Shown here: piece after piece, positions 38,259 to 49,303 of the stretch
Numbering within the stretch: position 1 is the stretch's first letter
Layout of the letters: each line of letters begins with the position of its first letter
DNA from: Promethearchaeota archaeon
GTDB taxonomy: Archaea; Asgardarchaeota; Lokiarchaeia; Sigyniarchaeales; SOKP01
Assembly (NCBI GenBank): GCA_011364975.1
Contig: RDOE01000011.1
Coordinates: 1 to 59,427 of the forward strand
Length of the DNA: 59,427 bases
Reading direction: 5' to 3'
Translations under genes and position numbers: made by a program
The notes under the pieces: model-generated
Database searches by the model: none
Seen by the model: the letters and a program-made list of their open reading frames with translations, nothing else
What the model was told of the DNA's origin: nothing

Positions 38259-38936
38259 TTGTTAAAAACCAAATTCCTATACTTCTATCTTTCAATAATA
38301 TTTGGATTAATTGGTATTTTTTTTCCTACTCACGTAAGTAGCCTTCTAGGATTTGATATCGGAGATCTTATTAATTGGAGTTTTGGCTTATATTTATATG
38401 TCCCACGTAATCCTATTGAAGAAACTAGATTCTATTACCATCTTAATATTGGGATTATTTTAACTCTATATATCTTTTGGTTAATCGGAACAATACTTTA
38501 TGATATTAGGAAGATTAAAAGAGAGAAAAGATATACTAGTAGCACTATTATAATAATTGTTATTTTAATTCTTATATGCCAGAGCCTTTACATTAATAGT
38601 GATATTCTTGTATGGCGGTTATTTATTTTTGCATTCGACTTCAGTTCAATTTTTGCATTAATAGGAATCTATCAAGTAAATGAGCAATTAATAAAGGAGG
38701 GTTATCAAAAGAGAAAATGGAATCAAAAAAACCTAAGATTATTTGGAATCTTAACATTAGCTACTTCGTTAGGCGGTCTAGTTTATCTTGTAGTGATATT
38801 TTTTATGTTTGCCTATCCTTTTGGTATAAGCGTTATAATTAATTATTACATTCAGATGTTTCCAAATGCTTTGTTATTATTACTTATTTTTATTTTTGGT
38901 TTTTATTATATAAGAAAAAGTAATAGAATCTCATAA
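38259..38936 (+). CDS. Hypothetical multi-pass membrane protein
   Basis: About 6 hydrophobic helices; P..NWSFGLY motif similar to 56796..57299. Confidence 0.7.
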   Translation: MLKTKFLYFYLSIIFGLIGIFFPTHVSSLLGFDIGDLINWSFGLYLYVPRNPIEETRFYYHLNIGIILTLYIFWLIGTILYDIRKIKREKRYTSSTIIIIVILILICQSLYINSDILVWRLFIFAFDFSSIFALIGIYQVNEQLIKEGYQKRKWNQKNLRLFGILTLATSLGGLVYLVVIFFMFAYPFGISVIINYYIQMFPNALLLLLIFIFGFYYIRKSNRIS

Positions 38937-38944
38937 TTTTAAAA

Positions 38945-39163
38945 TTATTTTATGAACTCGGTTAGGAGGATGGATTTATATTCGGGGTCGCGTGATTCAA
39001 AAGGTATCCTTTCCTCTCCAGAATAGATATCCTTTTTTTCCCTCTTAGCGAAAAACTCAGAAAATGGAATTAAAATATCAGATAAATTTAGATGTTGTTC
39101 AAGTTCAAGTACAAAACTCGATTCAAAAAAATTTGGGTACTTTTCATATAGCTTTATTGTCAT
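38945..39163 (-). CDS. Small hypothetical protein
   Basis: ATG-initiated 72-aa ORF filling an intergenic gap, typical composition. Confidence 0.45.
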   Translation of the reverse strand: MTIKLYEKYPNFFESSFVLELEQHLNLSDILIPFSEFFAKREKKDIYSGEERIPFESRDPEYKSILLTEFIK

Positions 39164-39279
39164 TTTATTCTAAAGAGTATATTTTTTATTTAAATAATAA
39201 GTTGAAATTAATTAATTAAAAAGGATACTCTCGACAAATTTAGTAAAACAATAAGTAAAAGGATAATAATAAAAAGTAA

Positions 39280-39735
39280 TTAGAATGGAGGTCCATACAT
39301 CCCTGAGAATATTGACATTATGAATGACACAATAAACACTATTCCGATCGCCCAACATAAAAGCCCGATGATCCCTAACACTAACCCTCCAGTGGCCATT
39401 TCTGGGGAGTCATCTTTTTTACGACCTATCGACCCAAGTATTATAGCCACAATTGATCCAATGAAAGGAAGGATAAAGAGGCCTAAAAATCCAAATACTA
39501 ACGCAATAATTCCATTAGTATTATTCTGTTTTGGGGGATAAATAATTGTTGTTGGCTGAGCTGCTTGCTGAGGGTAAGGAGGTAGGGGTGGTACAGGAGG
39601 GGTGGGAGAACTTGGTTGTTGAGAAGATTGTGTTCCCCATTCAGATTGAAGGTTATGTCCACAATATGGGCAAGCATGCCACTCTCCTTCTATTTTTATA
39701 CCACAATTAGGACAAAAATTTAACATAAAGATCAC
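39280..39735 (-). CDS. Zinc-ribbon + Pro/Gln linker + DUF4190-like membrane protein
   Basis: FCPNCG...CPYCG, PQ-rich linker, IIALVFG..GSIVAIILG..ATGGLVLGIIG. Confidence 0.85.
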   Translation of the reverse strand: MIFMLNFCPNCGIKIEGEWHACPYCGHNLQSEWGTQSSQQPSSPTPPVPPLPPYPQQAAQPTTIIYPPKQNNTNGIIALVFGFLGLFILPFIGSIVAIILGSIGRKKDDSPEMATGGLVLGIIGLLCWAIGIVFIVSFIMSIFSGMYGPPF

Positions 39736-39800
39736 AATATTTTTTATTAAATAATTAATAGCGATAATTGAATTTATTTCTACGCTATTTAATAGGTATA

Positions 39801-40292
39801 TTATGTTTTTAACTTTTCTTTTAATAGAAGTTCATCAAAAGAACTACCTTCTTTAATAACATTAAGTATGAGATGAGTATTAGTTCCTTCAACATAAGGA
39901 GATGCATGTATTTTTTTAACCATTGCGCTTAATTCGAATCGACTTTTAAATCGGGCTAATATTAATGCATCATAGTCACCGGTTATATCATAAACTCCGA
40001 ATACATTAGGATTTTCTGCAATTTCTTTTTCTATATCTAACATTTTACCTTTAGAGATTGTAATTTCTATTACTGCAATAATATTATATCCTAATTTTTC
40101 ATAATCAATTTGAATTCCATAATTTTTAATGATACCACTTTCCTCTAATTTATCTATATGACTTTTAATGGTTATCGGTGATTTTCCTAATTTTTCAGCA
40201 ATATGATGATACTTAGCTTTACCATCTTTACTTAGAACAGCTAAGATATCTAAATCTACTTCATCACTAGAAGGCAAATCTTTATGTTCCAT
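39801..40292 (-). CDS. Lrp/AsnC family transcriptional regulator
   Basis: DEVDLDIL..L..DGK..IAEKLG..LEESGIIK.Y..IDYEKLG, YDITGDYD. Confidence 0.95.
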   Translation of the reverse strand: MEHKDLPSSDEVDLDILAVLSKDGKAKYHHIAEKLGKSPITIKSHIDKLEESGIIKNYGIQIDYEKLGYNIIAVIEITISKGKMLDIEKEIAENPNVFGVYDITGDYDALILARFKSRFELSAMVKKIHASPYVEGTNTHLILNVIKEGSSFDELLLKEKLKT

Positions 40293-40464
40293 AGTTTAGA
40301 ATGGGATAAGTTTAATTTTAAGATTTGTTACTTTATTAGGCTTTGTTAAAAAGTGTTGTGAATTGGAGAGAGAAAACTTAACGTTGCATTCTTGCTATAA
40401 TCTTTAAATTTTAAAAGATATTCTCTAAATTAATTAGGAAAATTAGAACGATTAGAAATTAATT

Positions 40465-42015
40465 ATGAAAATAATGAATAATAATACCCTAAAGATAATA
40501 CCTGAACCAGTAAAGAGCTCTATTAATGATGGAAAGTTTTTCATAAATTCAAGAACGAAACTTATAAGTAATGATTTGACGGATGATGTGTTAAAGTTTT
40601 TACGCAAGTTTTTAAAAGATTATAAAGGATTGAATCTAAATCAAGAAGAATTCTCTCATACAATTAATTATGATAATGCAATTATATTGAAAGTCATGAA
40701 TAGTAATAAAACAATGCAAAAGGAAAGTTATACATTACAGATCTCAAAAGCTTTAATTGAAATTACAGCTGGTGAAGTAAATGGAATATTTTATGGAATT
40801 CAAACCTTAATTCAAATTATTTTCTTAGAAAATATAGTGATTGATGAGAAAAGTGAAACCATAACTTTACCTTGCTTAAAAATTAGCGATTATCCTCGCT
40901 TCAAATGGAGAGGATTCATGTTAGATGAAGCCAGGCACTTCTTTGGTAAAGAAACTATTAAAAAATTGCTAGATTTAATGGCATTATTAAAGTTCAATAT
41001 ATTTCATTGGCATTTGACTGATGATCAAGGGTGGAGAATCGAAATAAAGAAATATTCTCTTCTCACCGAGATTGGATCGAAACGTGAGGGAACAATTGTT
41101 CCTAATGCTAAAATTGCACGAAGTAAAGGCAAAAGAAAAGTAGAAACGGATAACATCCCTGTAGACGGCTTTTATACTCAAGAAGATTTAAAGGAAATAA
41201 TTCAATATGCTAATGAAAGATATATTACAATCATTCCGGAAATTGATTTTCCTGGGCATGTTGTCGCAGCATTAGCATCATATCCCAAATTAAGTTGTAA
41301 TGGTGGACCATTTAAGGTGAGTTCATTATTCGGGGTCCATAAAGATGTATTTTGTATTGGTAATGAACAAGTTTTTGAATTTTCTAAAGACGTATTAAAA
41401 GAAGTTATGAAAATTTTTCCTTCAAAATATCTTCATGTAGGTGGAGATGAAGTACCTACAAGACGCTGGAATACATGTGAGAAATGTCAAACTAGAATTG
41501 CAAAAGAAGGATTAAATAACACTAAAGAATTACAGGAGTATTATACTTCGAGAATATGCTCGTTTTTGAAGTCTCATGAACACATTTTGATCGGTTGGAA
41601 TGAAATTTTATATGATAATTTAGATATTGATGCAGTGTGTCAATATTGGACTAATAATTTTGATTTAGTGTTAGACCATATTAAAAAGGGAAGGAAGGTA
41701 ATTATGTCAGAAATGAGTACAATTTACCTAAATTATCCAATTGAATTGACACCACTACGAAAAACCTATGAATATGATCCGCTTCCTACTGAACTTGAAG
41801 AAAATTATGTTCAAAATGTATTAGGCTTAGAAGCTTGTTTATGGACGGAAATTGTTAAGGATTCTAAAATGGTAGAATTAAGAATTATTCCAAGATTATT
41901 AGCAGTTGGAGAAATTGGCTGGAGCCCTAAGGAAGTAAAGAATTTTGAGAGATTTGAGGAAAAATTGAATTCATTTTATAAGATTTTAGATTATTATAAA
42001 ATCGGTTATGATTAA
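40465..42015 (+). CDS. Beta-N-acetylhexosaminidase (GH20)
   Basis: DYPRFKWRGFMLDEARHF, FHWHLTDDQGWR, PEIDFPGH, HVGGDE, LWTE. Confidence 0.97.
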   Translation: MKIMNNNTLKIIPEPVKSSINDGKFFINSRTKLISNDLTDDVLKFLRKFLKDYKGLNLNQEEFSHTINYDNAIILKVMNSNKTMQKESYTLQISKALIEITAGEVNGIFYGIQTLIQIIFLENIVIDEKSETITLPCLKISDYPRFKWRGFMLDEARHFFGKETIKKLLDLMALLKFNIFHWHLTDDQGWRIEIKKYSLLTEIGSKREGTIVPNAKIARSKGKRKVETDNIPVDGFYTQEDLKEIIQYANERYITIIPEIDFPGHVVAALASYPKLSCNGGPFKVSSLFGVHKDVFCIGNEQVFEFSKDVLKEVMKIFPSKYLHVGGDEVPTRRWNTCEKCQTRIAKEGLNNTKELQEYYTSRICSFLKSHEHILIGWNEILYDNLDIDAVCQYWTNNFDLVLDHIKKGRKVIMSEMSTIYLNYPIELTPLRKTYEYDPLPTELEENYVQNVLGLEACLWTEIVKDSKMVELRIIPRLLAVGEIGWSPKEVKNFERFEEKLNSFYKILDYYKIGYD

Positions 42016-42037
42016 CAAGAAAATCTAAAACATAGAA

Positions 42038-42415
42038 TTAAAAAAAACCAAATAAAAGAAATGGGTTTACAAACATAAAACACAGAAATAAAATTATTAC
42101 AATAAAACAACAACATGCAATACATCCTTCATTGTTTTGTTTTTGAGGTTTAGGTTTAATAACAATATCATTAAGTTGTTGTCTTAAATCGTACAATTCT
42201 CTTTTCAGATCCTCAATTTGGGGATCCTTAGAATATTTAATTTGTTGCTCTAAGAGAATAACTTTTTTATTTAAATCTTCAATAATTTTATCCTTATCAT
42301 CTGATTTAACATACTCTGAAAATTTTGTGCCACAAAAAGGACAAAAGTTTTCTAAATCATCTAATTGAGCTCCGCAGTTTGGACAAAGGGTCATAATTTG
42401 GTTTTTTTTATACAT
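42038..42415 (-). CDS. Zinc-ribbon + coiled-coil + C-terminal TM protein, paralog A
   Basis: CPNCG..NFCPFCG, coiled coil, Cys-rich TM. Confidence 0.85.
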   Translation of the reverse strand: MYKKNQIMTLCPNCGAQLDDLENFCPFCGTKFSEYVKSDDKDKIIEDLNKKVILLEQQIKYSKDPQIEDLKRELYDLRQQLNDIVIKPKPQKQNNEGCIACCCFIVIILFLCFMFVNPFLLFGFF

Positions 42416-42666
42416 TCTCTTTTTCTTATTATCTAGTCTAGAATAATGATCTTGTATATTTTTAAGTTTAACGCTGGTGTAAAAACTTTTTATCTATATC
42501 TTGAAATTTTATAAAAATCAGACTTTAGATATGAGTTTATGAAGCGAGAAAAGATTTATTATTTAATACACTCTTCACTTATATAGATACTTAAGATATT
42601 CAAAATTTAATTATTTACGATAAATGATTTAAAGTAGTTTCATAAGAAGGATATGAGAAACCTAAA

Positions 42667-43329
42667 TTGATAATGCTTGAGATAAATTTTGCTATTACTT
42701 TTTTCTATGGCTTTGTAGTAGGACTTTCTCCTTGTATATTATTAATGTTAAGTAGTTTCGGGACATCTTTACTTTTGACAGAGAAAAAAAAAGATTTTTT
42801 TCAAATCCTACTAGGGTTAATATTAGGAATGATCTCCGCATATATCGTAATTTCTATCATATTCCTTCCTTTTACGGAGTTATTAGCCCTTTATGAATAT
42901 ACTAAATTTGTATTTGCTGGAATTTTGATTTTTTTAGGAATTTGGCAAATTCTTGAAAGTCAAAAAGAAAAAAGTGTCATTTTTGGTACTCCAACCAAAG
43001 TAAGAACAATCCTCAAAGATTTTATTGAAAAAAGATCTGGTTATTATTCCTTTTTAGTTGGAATACTTTTTGTTTTTATTAAAATTCCTTGTTTCGGTTC
43101 TATATATTTATCTCTTATTTATGAGTTGCATAGTAATCCAATGCTTTTTCTTTATATTGTTGTCTATTTATTTGCAATGGTTTTGCCTGTAATTATAATA
43201 TTATCATTAATAAGATTTGGATTAGAATCTTCTAAGGTTAATGAATATCGACTAAAATATAGATCATATTTAAGAATATTAAGTGGGGGCATTTTGATTT
43301 TTCTTGCGATATATTTATTAATCTTCTAA
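42667..43329 (+). CDS. CcdA/DsbD-beta-like transmembrane thiol-redox protein
   Basis: 6 TM with two Pro-Cys motifs (GLSPCIL, KIPCFGSIY). Confidence 0.85.
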   Translation: MIMLEINFAITFFYGFVVGLSPCILLMLSSFGTSLLLTEKKKDFFQILLGLILGMISAYIVISIIFLPFTELLALYEYTKFVFAGILIFLGIWQILESQKEKSVIFGTPTKVRTILKDFIEKRSGYYSFLVGILFVFIKIPCFGSIYLSLIYELHSNPMLFLYIVVYLFAMVLPVIIILSLIRFGLESSKVNEYRLKYRSYLRILSGGILIFLAIYLLIF

Positions 43330-43330
43330 A

Positions 43331-44116
43331 TTATCTATTTTTGGTCCTTTTTAAGTGCTTATAGAATAAGGCTACTAAAATTTCACAACTTATAAAACCA
43401 AGAGCTATTCCTATGGTTAATATGCGTGAAAAGTCACGCATTGTTAGAGTTTGAGCAATAGCTCTACATGTTTCATTTAAAGGAGCGACACTAGCACCAC
43501 CACCATAAAGTCCACCACCTGATCCTCCTGTAACTATTCTTTTATCAGATACAACTGGTTCATCGACTAAAATTCCTCCTGATTCTTCAATATAAGCTTC
43601 CGAATTTACATCCCTCGCAATATTTACCCCTTTTACTATATCTGCCCTTGCAAGAACTCTTAATCCAACACAAAGTGAGGAAATTATTAAACCACTGTAA
43701 TAAGCAGTACTTATTAATTCGAGCGTTGGTTCATAGCTCGATAAGGCGTCCCAATGGCCTCCACTTGGAATGAAAATGCAATCATATTGTTGAAGGATAT
43801 ACCAATCTACGTCAGAAATTAATATATCTGAATTAATAATCTCTGGATCATTCCTATGACATGATGATATAGTTGCAGAAACGCCTGCAGTTGTTACAGT
43901 CCAACCCCATGATTCAAATATTTCTGTAGCATTAAAGTAGGTTATCCCAACTCCACTGGCAATCAAAATCATAACATTGATATCTCTAGGGGGGTCTTCT
44001 GAAGACTCTTGGGCTTCAACTTCGACTAAAGGATTAATAATAGAGGTTATACTTAAAATTGTAATAATTACTAGCAAGCTTTTAATCTTTAAGGCATGTT
44101 TCACCTTTTTAATCAT
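43331..44116 (-). CDS. DJ-1/PfpI family protein with signal peptide and C-terminal membrane anchor
   Basis: YDCIFIPSGG, ISSLCVG..VLARADIVKG, VVSDKRIVTG; hydrophobic N- and C-termini. Confidence 0.85.
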   Translation of the reverse strand: MIKKVKHALKIKSLLVIITILSITSIINPLVEVEAQESSEDPPRDINVMILIASGVGITYFNATEIFESWGWTVTTAGVSATISSCHRNDPEIINSDILISDVDWYILQQYDCIFIPSGGHWDALSSYEPTLELISTAYYSGLIISSLCVGLRVLARADIVKGVNIARDVNSEAYIEESGGILVDEPVVSDKRIVTGGSGGGLYGGGASVAPLNETCRAIAQTLTMRDFSRILTIGIALGFISCEILVALFYKHLKRTKNR

Positions 44117-44237
44117 AAAAAATTCTATTAATCTTATGATTGAAAGTCAATTTTTAATATTTACTTTTTAAGTTATAAATTAATATCTGAGATTATAATT
44201 CTAATACGTAATTTTTAAGAGAAAATTTCGAGATATA

Positions 44238-44597
44238 TTAATGTACATAAAAAATCTTGAAATATAAACTAATTAGATACCAAATAAATAAAACAATAAC
44301 GAAAATTACACAGAATAAATACCACAAATCTCCTGATTGATTTTTTTTCTTAACTATTTTAATATTACCAACAATTAATTCTTGTTTTACCATTTCGAGT
44401 TCATTTTTTAATTCTAAAATTTGATTTTGTTTAGTTCTGGAGAGCTGATCTTCCAGAAAAGCTACTCGATTTTCTAATCTCTTAATAATTAATTCTTTAT
44501 TATTAGGTTTAAGACGATCATCAAATTTAAATCTACAAAACGGACAAAAATTCTCAATTTCTTTTATTCTTTCTCCGCAATTTGGGCAATAGCTCAT
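44238..44597 (-). CDS. Zinc-ribbon + coiled-coil + C-terminal TM protein, paralog B
   Basis: YCPNCG..NFCPFC, V.FLE.Q, QI..LK.EL; collinear with 42038..42415. Confidence 0.85.
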   Translation of the reverse strand: MSYCPNCGERIKEIENFCPFCRFKFDDRLKPNNKELIIKRLENRVAFLEDQLSRTKQNQILELKNELEMVKQELIVGNIKIVKKKNQSGDLWYLFCVIFVIVLFIWYLISLYFKIFYVH

Positions 44598-44744
44598 TTT
44601 TTAGATCCCTTCTTTTTTTGTTCTCCAAGGTAACAAATAAGAAGATGTAAATTTTTAAGTTTGACTGTCTCTAGATGAAATTTGATTAAATATCTTGAGA
44701 TTTTGGTTTTAAATATTTTATAACGCAGTGTTAAAATATAACTC

Positions 44745-45134
44745 TTAGCATAAAGAAAGATTATAATCTGATTTAAGAGATCCTTTAAAAGCTATAATTT
44801 CTCCAGTGACACACAATTCTTTATCTAAAGTTTTGTTGAGATCTTTTATTTTGTTAAAAAAGTGTTTATAATCTAAATTTACGTCCATATATTTTTCATT
44901 ATATATTAAATCTAAGAGCATATCATAAATTTTCTTCCCTATTTCTATATGGTTTAAATCTAAAATTTTCATGGAATTTAATAGTAATTCCATCTCTACA
45001 AGATGGAATTCTTCATTTTTTCCATTTTCAATAATAAAGTGAATCAATTTATGTAAGTTTAAGTCAACGACTTTAAACTTGAGAAAATCATCAGTTTCTT
45101 CAATTAATTCAATTTCTTCCAATACTTTTATCAC
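44745..45134 (-). CDS. Hypothetical protein
   Basis: 129-aa ORF, typical composition, no motif recognised. Confidence 0.6.
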   Translation of the reverse strand: MIKVLEEIELIEETDDFLKFKVVDLNLHKLIHFIIENGKNEEFHLVEMELLLNSMKILDLNHIEIGKKIYDMLLDLIYNEKYMDVNLDYKHFFNKIKDLNKTLDKELCVTGEIIAFKGSLKSDYNLSLC

Positions 45135-45248
45135 AAATCACATAACAATATTTTTATTTAAAATAAAAACAAATTTTTTATAACCCAATTTCTTTTAAAA
45201 TTTTGTTATTATCTCCAACGATAATGAATTACAAAATTTAAGATTTAT

Positions 45249-48005
45249 ATGATAAAAGATAACCTTCAAGATCAGTTATGGCATGCTTTAGATGAAAAAA
45301 AAGTATTAGAATTTTTAAAAACTGAAATAACAGGATTAACCACTGAAGAAGCACGCAAAAGATTAGATGAATATGGACCTAATGAATTAGAATCAGGAAA
45401 AAAAAAATCTAAATTAATTTTATTGATGGATCAGTTTAGAAATCCAATAATTCTAATTTTAATTGGAGCAGCACTAATTTCTTTAATTGCAAATAAATTA
45501 ATCAGCACGTATGTAATCCTGATAGTTATTATTTTTAATACCTTTATAGGATTCTTTCAAGAATATAAAGCAGAAAAATCTCTTGAAGCTTTGAAGTCAA
45601 TGGCATCTCCGGAGGCAGAAGTACTCAGAGATTGCATTGATTTTGGAGGTTGTACTGAAAAGAGAATAAAGACTAGAGAGATCGTTCCAGGAGATATATT
45701 ACTATTGGATGCTGGAGATATCATACCTGCTGATGCAAGATTATATGAAACTGTGAATTTAGAAATAGATGAATCCATTTTAACAGGTGAATCTATGCCT
45801 GTTATAAAGAATAATACGACTCTTAATAAGGAATTAACCGTTGCGGAAAGAAGAAATATCGCATTTTCTGGAACTGTTGTAACTAAAGGAAGGGGCAAGG
45901 CAATTGTAGTTAATACGGGTATGAATACAGAAATGGGTAAGATTGCTCAACTATTGAAAGAAGCAGAGGAAACTAAAACACCCCTTCAAAAAAGAATATC
46001 AAAATTTGGTATATTTTTAGCTTTACTTGCCCTTATTGTAAGTATTATAGTTTTTATCTATGGCATTGTACGAGGGTTTGAATTCTATGAAATGTTTTTA
46101 TTTGCACTTTCTACTATGGTTTCAGCAATACCAGAAGGCTTACCGGCAGCAATTTCCATAGCTCTAGCTATTGGGGTTAACAAAATGGTAAAAAGAAATG
46201 CCATTGTAAAAAAAATACAAGCAATTGATACCATAGGAGCTATAACTGTAATATGTACAGATAAAACTGGAACATTAACTACGAATCAAATAACGACACG
46301 AGAGATCTTAGTTGAAAATAAACATATTAACATTACTGGTGTTGGTTTTACCCCAGACGGCAATTTTGAAATAAATGGAGAAGAGATCAATATAAATGAA
46401 ATTGATACAGCAAAATTACTTCTTGAAATAATTACTTTGTGTAATGATGCACGGTTAAGACAACATGAAATAAATGGGGAATTTAAATGGGAAATTTATG
46501 GGGATCCTACTGAAGGATCATTAATAGTCGCATCTTACAAAGCAGGAATTCATAAAGACGTAATTGAAAAAAATTATCCACGAATTGATGAAATTCCATT
46601 TACTTCAGAGCAAAAATACATGGCAACATTCCATAGAAATACTAATAACAAAATAAAAGTATGTGTTAAAGGTGCTCCAGAAATAATATTAAATCGTTCT
46701 CATCATATCATGAGCGAAAACGGTATAAATCCCTTGACTCCAGAATTAAAAAAAGATCTTCTTGAAAAAAGTAATTCTATTGCCAATAGGGGCCTACGAG
46801 TTCTTGCAGTTGCATATCAAGAAATTGACCCTTCTAATTTGGAGAGTTGGAAAGAAAACATAATAAAAGAGAAATCGGAACTTATGATAATAGGATTTAT
46901 TGGAATGCTCGATCCTCCCAGATCAGAAGTAAAGAAAGCAATAGAAGTCTGCAAGAAAGCGGGAATAAAAGTGAAAATGATAACAGGAGATCACCGACTT
47001 ACAGCGCAAGCAATTGCTAGAGAGATAGGACTCCTTGATAAAAAAGCAAATATCATATCTGGATTTGAATTAGACCAACTAACAGAAACAGGATTGGACG
47101 AGATAATAGAAGACACTGTTGTTTTCGCTCGAGTATCACCATTACATAAATTTCAGATTGTTCGATCTCTAATAAAAAAGGGACATATTGTTGCAATGAC
47201 AGGTGATGGTGTGAATGATGCTCCCGCGTTAAAAGAAGCGAATGCTGGGATTGCTATGGGAATTACTGGAACAGATGTAACCAAAGAAACTGCGGATATA
47301 ATTTTAACAGATGATAATTTTGCGAGTATTGTAAATGCAGTTGAAGAAGGTCGAGTCGTCTTCAATAACATGAAAAAAATCATAAAATTTCTTCTTACTA
47401 CTAATATAAGTGAAATACTTATAGTTTTGGTTTCTCTTATTTTCTTGATAAATCATCCTTTAATTTTTACATCGATTTTGATTCTATGGATCAATCTTGT
47501 TACAGATGGATCTTTGACCATAACTTTAGCAAAAGAGCCAAAAGAAGAGGATATTATGAATCGTCCTCCAATACCCATTGATGAAAAAATATTAAATCGG
47601 AATTTAATATTAAATATCATTTTTATTGCTGCGGTTATGGCGTTAGGTACGATAGCACTATTCATTTATGGGTATGCAAATCAAAGTCTCATTCGAGCGC
47701 AAACTATGGCATTTATTACATTGGCGATGTTCCAAACATTTAACGCTCTCAATTGTCGTTCAAATACTTCCTCGTTATTTAGATTAAAAATATTCAGTAA
47801 TAAAAGCATTCTTTATGGAGTTGGGATTTCAATTTTTTTGTTAATTCTAGCAACGTTATTGCCGTTTTTTCAATTAACTCTTGGTATAAGTGCCTTATCG
47901 ATTATTGATTGGATACTTGTTATAATTGTATCAAGTACAGTACTTCTTGCGGATGAAATTAGAAAAATAATTCGAAACCAAATAAAAAAGAAATCCATGG
48001 CTTAA
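45249..48005 (+). CDS. P-type ATPase, type IIA (Ca2+/cation transporting)
   Basis: LTGES, IPEGLP, DKTGTLT, KGAPE, MITGD, MTGDGVNDAPAL, WINLVTD. Confidence 0.97.
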   Translation: MIKDNLQDQLWHALDEKKVLEFLKTEITGLTTEEARKRLDEYGPNELESGKKKSKLILLMDQFRNPIILILIGAALISLIANKLISTYVILIVIIFNTFIGFFQEYKAEKSLEALKSMASPEAEVLRDCIDFGGCTEKRIKTREIVPGDILLLDAGDIIPADARLYETVNLEIDESILTGESMPVIKNNTTLNKELTVAERRNIAFSGTVVTKGRGKAIVVNTGMNTEMGKIAQLLKEAEETKTPLQKRISKFGIFLALLALIVSIIVFIYGIVRGFEFYEMFLFALSTMVSAIPEGLPAAISIALAIGVNKMVKRNAIVKKIQAIDTIGAITVICTDKTGTLTTNQITTREILVENKHINITGVGFTPDGNFEINGEEININEIDTAKLLLEIITLCNDARLRQHEINGEFKWEIYGDPTEGSLIVASYKAGIHKDVIEKNYPRIDEIPFTSEQKYMATFHRNTNNKIKVCVKGAPEIILNRSHHIMSENGINPLTPELKKDLLEKSNSIANRGLRVLAVAYQEIDPSNLESWKENIIKEKSELMIIGFIGMLDPPRSEVKKAIEVCKKAGIKVKMITGDHRLTAQAIAREIGLLDKKANIISGFELDQLTETGLDEIIEDTVVFARVSPLHKFQIVRSLIKKGHIVAMTGDGVNDAPALKEANAGIAMGITGTDVTKETADIILTDDNFASIVNAVEEGRVVFNNMKKIIKFLLTTNISEILIVLVSLIFLINHPLIFTSILILWINLVTDGSLTITLAKEPKEEDIMNRPPIPIDEKILNRNLILNIIFIAAVMALGTIALFIYGYANQSLIRAQTMAFITLAMFQTFNALNCRSNTSSLFRLKIFSNKSILYGVGISIFLLILATLLPFFQLTLGISALSIIDWILVIIVSSTVLLADEIRKIIRNQIKKKSMA

Positions 48006-48088
48006 CAGATATTAATTCTAAATTAAAAAATAATTAGAAAAATTAGGGATATACACCCAATTTTATTAAAAAAAAATAAAGATGATAT

Positions 48089-49009
48089 TTAAAAATAGTC
48101 CATAAATTCTCTCTGCATAGGATTTTTATCTGTGCATTGCACTCCAAATTGGCATAGTTCACAACCAACGATATACGTATCTTCATTTAACTTCCAATTA
48201 ACTCGACGCGACTCTGATTTCAGAATCGAACTATATCTTGGAATTGCTTTCCTAGCAATTTTCATACGATACTTATTACATTTTATTTTATTATATCCTT
48301 TATCTGTAATTGCATTGATTGGACATTTCTTAGCACATTCTTTACAGAGGCCTTTAGCAAAATAAAGACAGTTAGCATATGGTTCATCGCTCTTTCGCGA
48401 GGTGACTTCTAGGGGAGCGTTAGTTATAATAGAGGCAAGTCTAATATTGCATCCAACATCAGTAATAAGCCCCTCATGCAATCCCAAGGTTCCTAATCCC
48501 GCAGCAAAAGCAATATATCGTTCAGACCAAGTAGTATAGAATTTTTTTTTCATAATAATTGAATAAGCATCACTTAATAATCCAGAAGTAGCTTTGTATT
48601 CTTCTATTTCAAAAAAATTTATTGCTTTTTTGACAATTTCCCTTTTAAATTCATTACCATAATTTCGCGCGATGGTATAAATCTCGGCGGGTAAAGTTAT
48701 TTTAGGTAATGAAATAAAATTGTTTCCCTCTTTCCGTATCTTTTCCGTAAAAGGGAAAACGATTGATATAACCGACAATTCTGAGGTCGATACATAATCT
48801 TGATCGTTAGCTAACCACATTTCAAGAGGATTCAAATGTTCTGTTCCTAAAAGTTCTTTATATTTTTGGAAAATTGAATCGCTGGCTTTTGCGACTCCAA
48901 TTAAGGGATCAGTAAATATTTTTCCACCACCATACGCTTCTGGAAGCAAATTGAGTGTATTATTCTTAAATTCTTCTTTTAGAAAGCTCAATAATTCATT
49001 ATTTAACAC
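48089..49009 (-). CDS. Epoxyqueuosine-reductase / reductive-dehalogenase-like Fe-S protein
   Basis: WSERYIAFAAGLGTLG..G...RLASIIT, C..EC..KCP..AI..KC, GCELCQ..VQC. Confidence 0.85.
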   Translation of the reverse strand: MLNNELLSFLKEEFKNNTLNLLPEAYGGGKIFTDPLIGVAKASDSIFQKYKELLGTEHLNPLEMWLANDQDYVSTSELSVISIVFPFTEKIRKEGNNFISLPKITLPAEIYTIARNYGNEFKREIVKKAINFFEIEEYKATSGLLSDAYSIIMKKKFYTTWSERYIAFAAGLGTLGLHEGLITDVGCNIRLASIITNAPLEVTSRKSDEPYANCLYFAKGLCKECAKKCPINAITDKGYNKIKCNKYRMKIARKAIPRYSSILKSESRRVNWKLNEDTYIVGCELCQFGVQCTDKNPMQREFMDYF

Positions 49010-49303
49010 TTTTCCTATCGAGTTTACTCTTGATATAATTAATCAACCCATTGAATTTACTTTTATCTATCTGACCGATTAATATATAGGAAATGTTAGT
49101 TTTAAAATATTTCATCTAACTTTTTCTATTAATGCTAAAAACTAATATAATTAAATATAAAATAGAGTAAAAATCAAAAAAACTAGATGAATAAAACATC
49201 ATTCTGATATGACAATAATATTTATTGCATTTTACCTTATAATTTATATCAATGAAGGGGTTAAGTATTAACTGATAGAATTTCCTATAATGTAAATGTA
49301 GAG

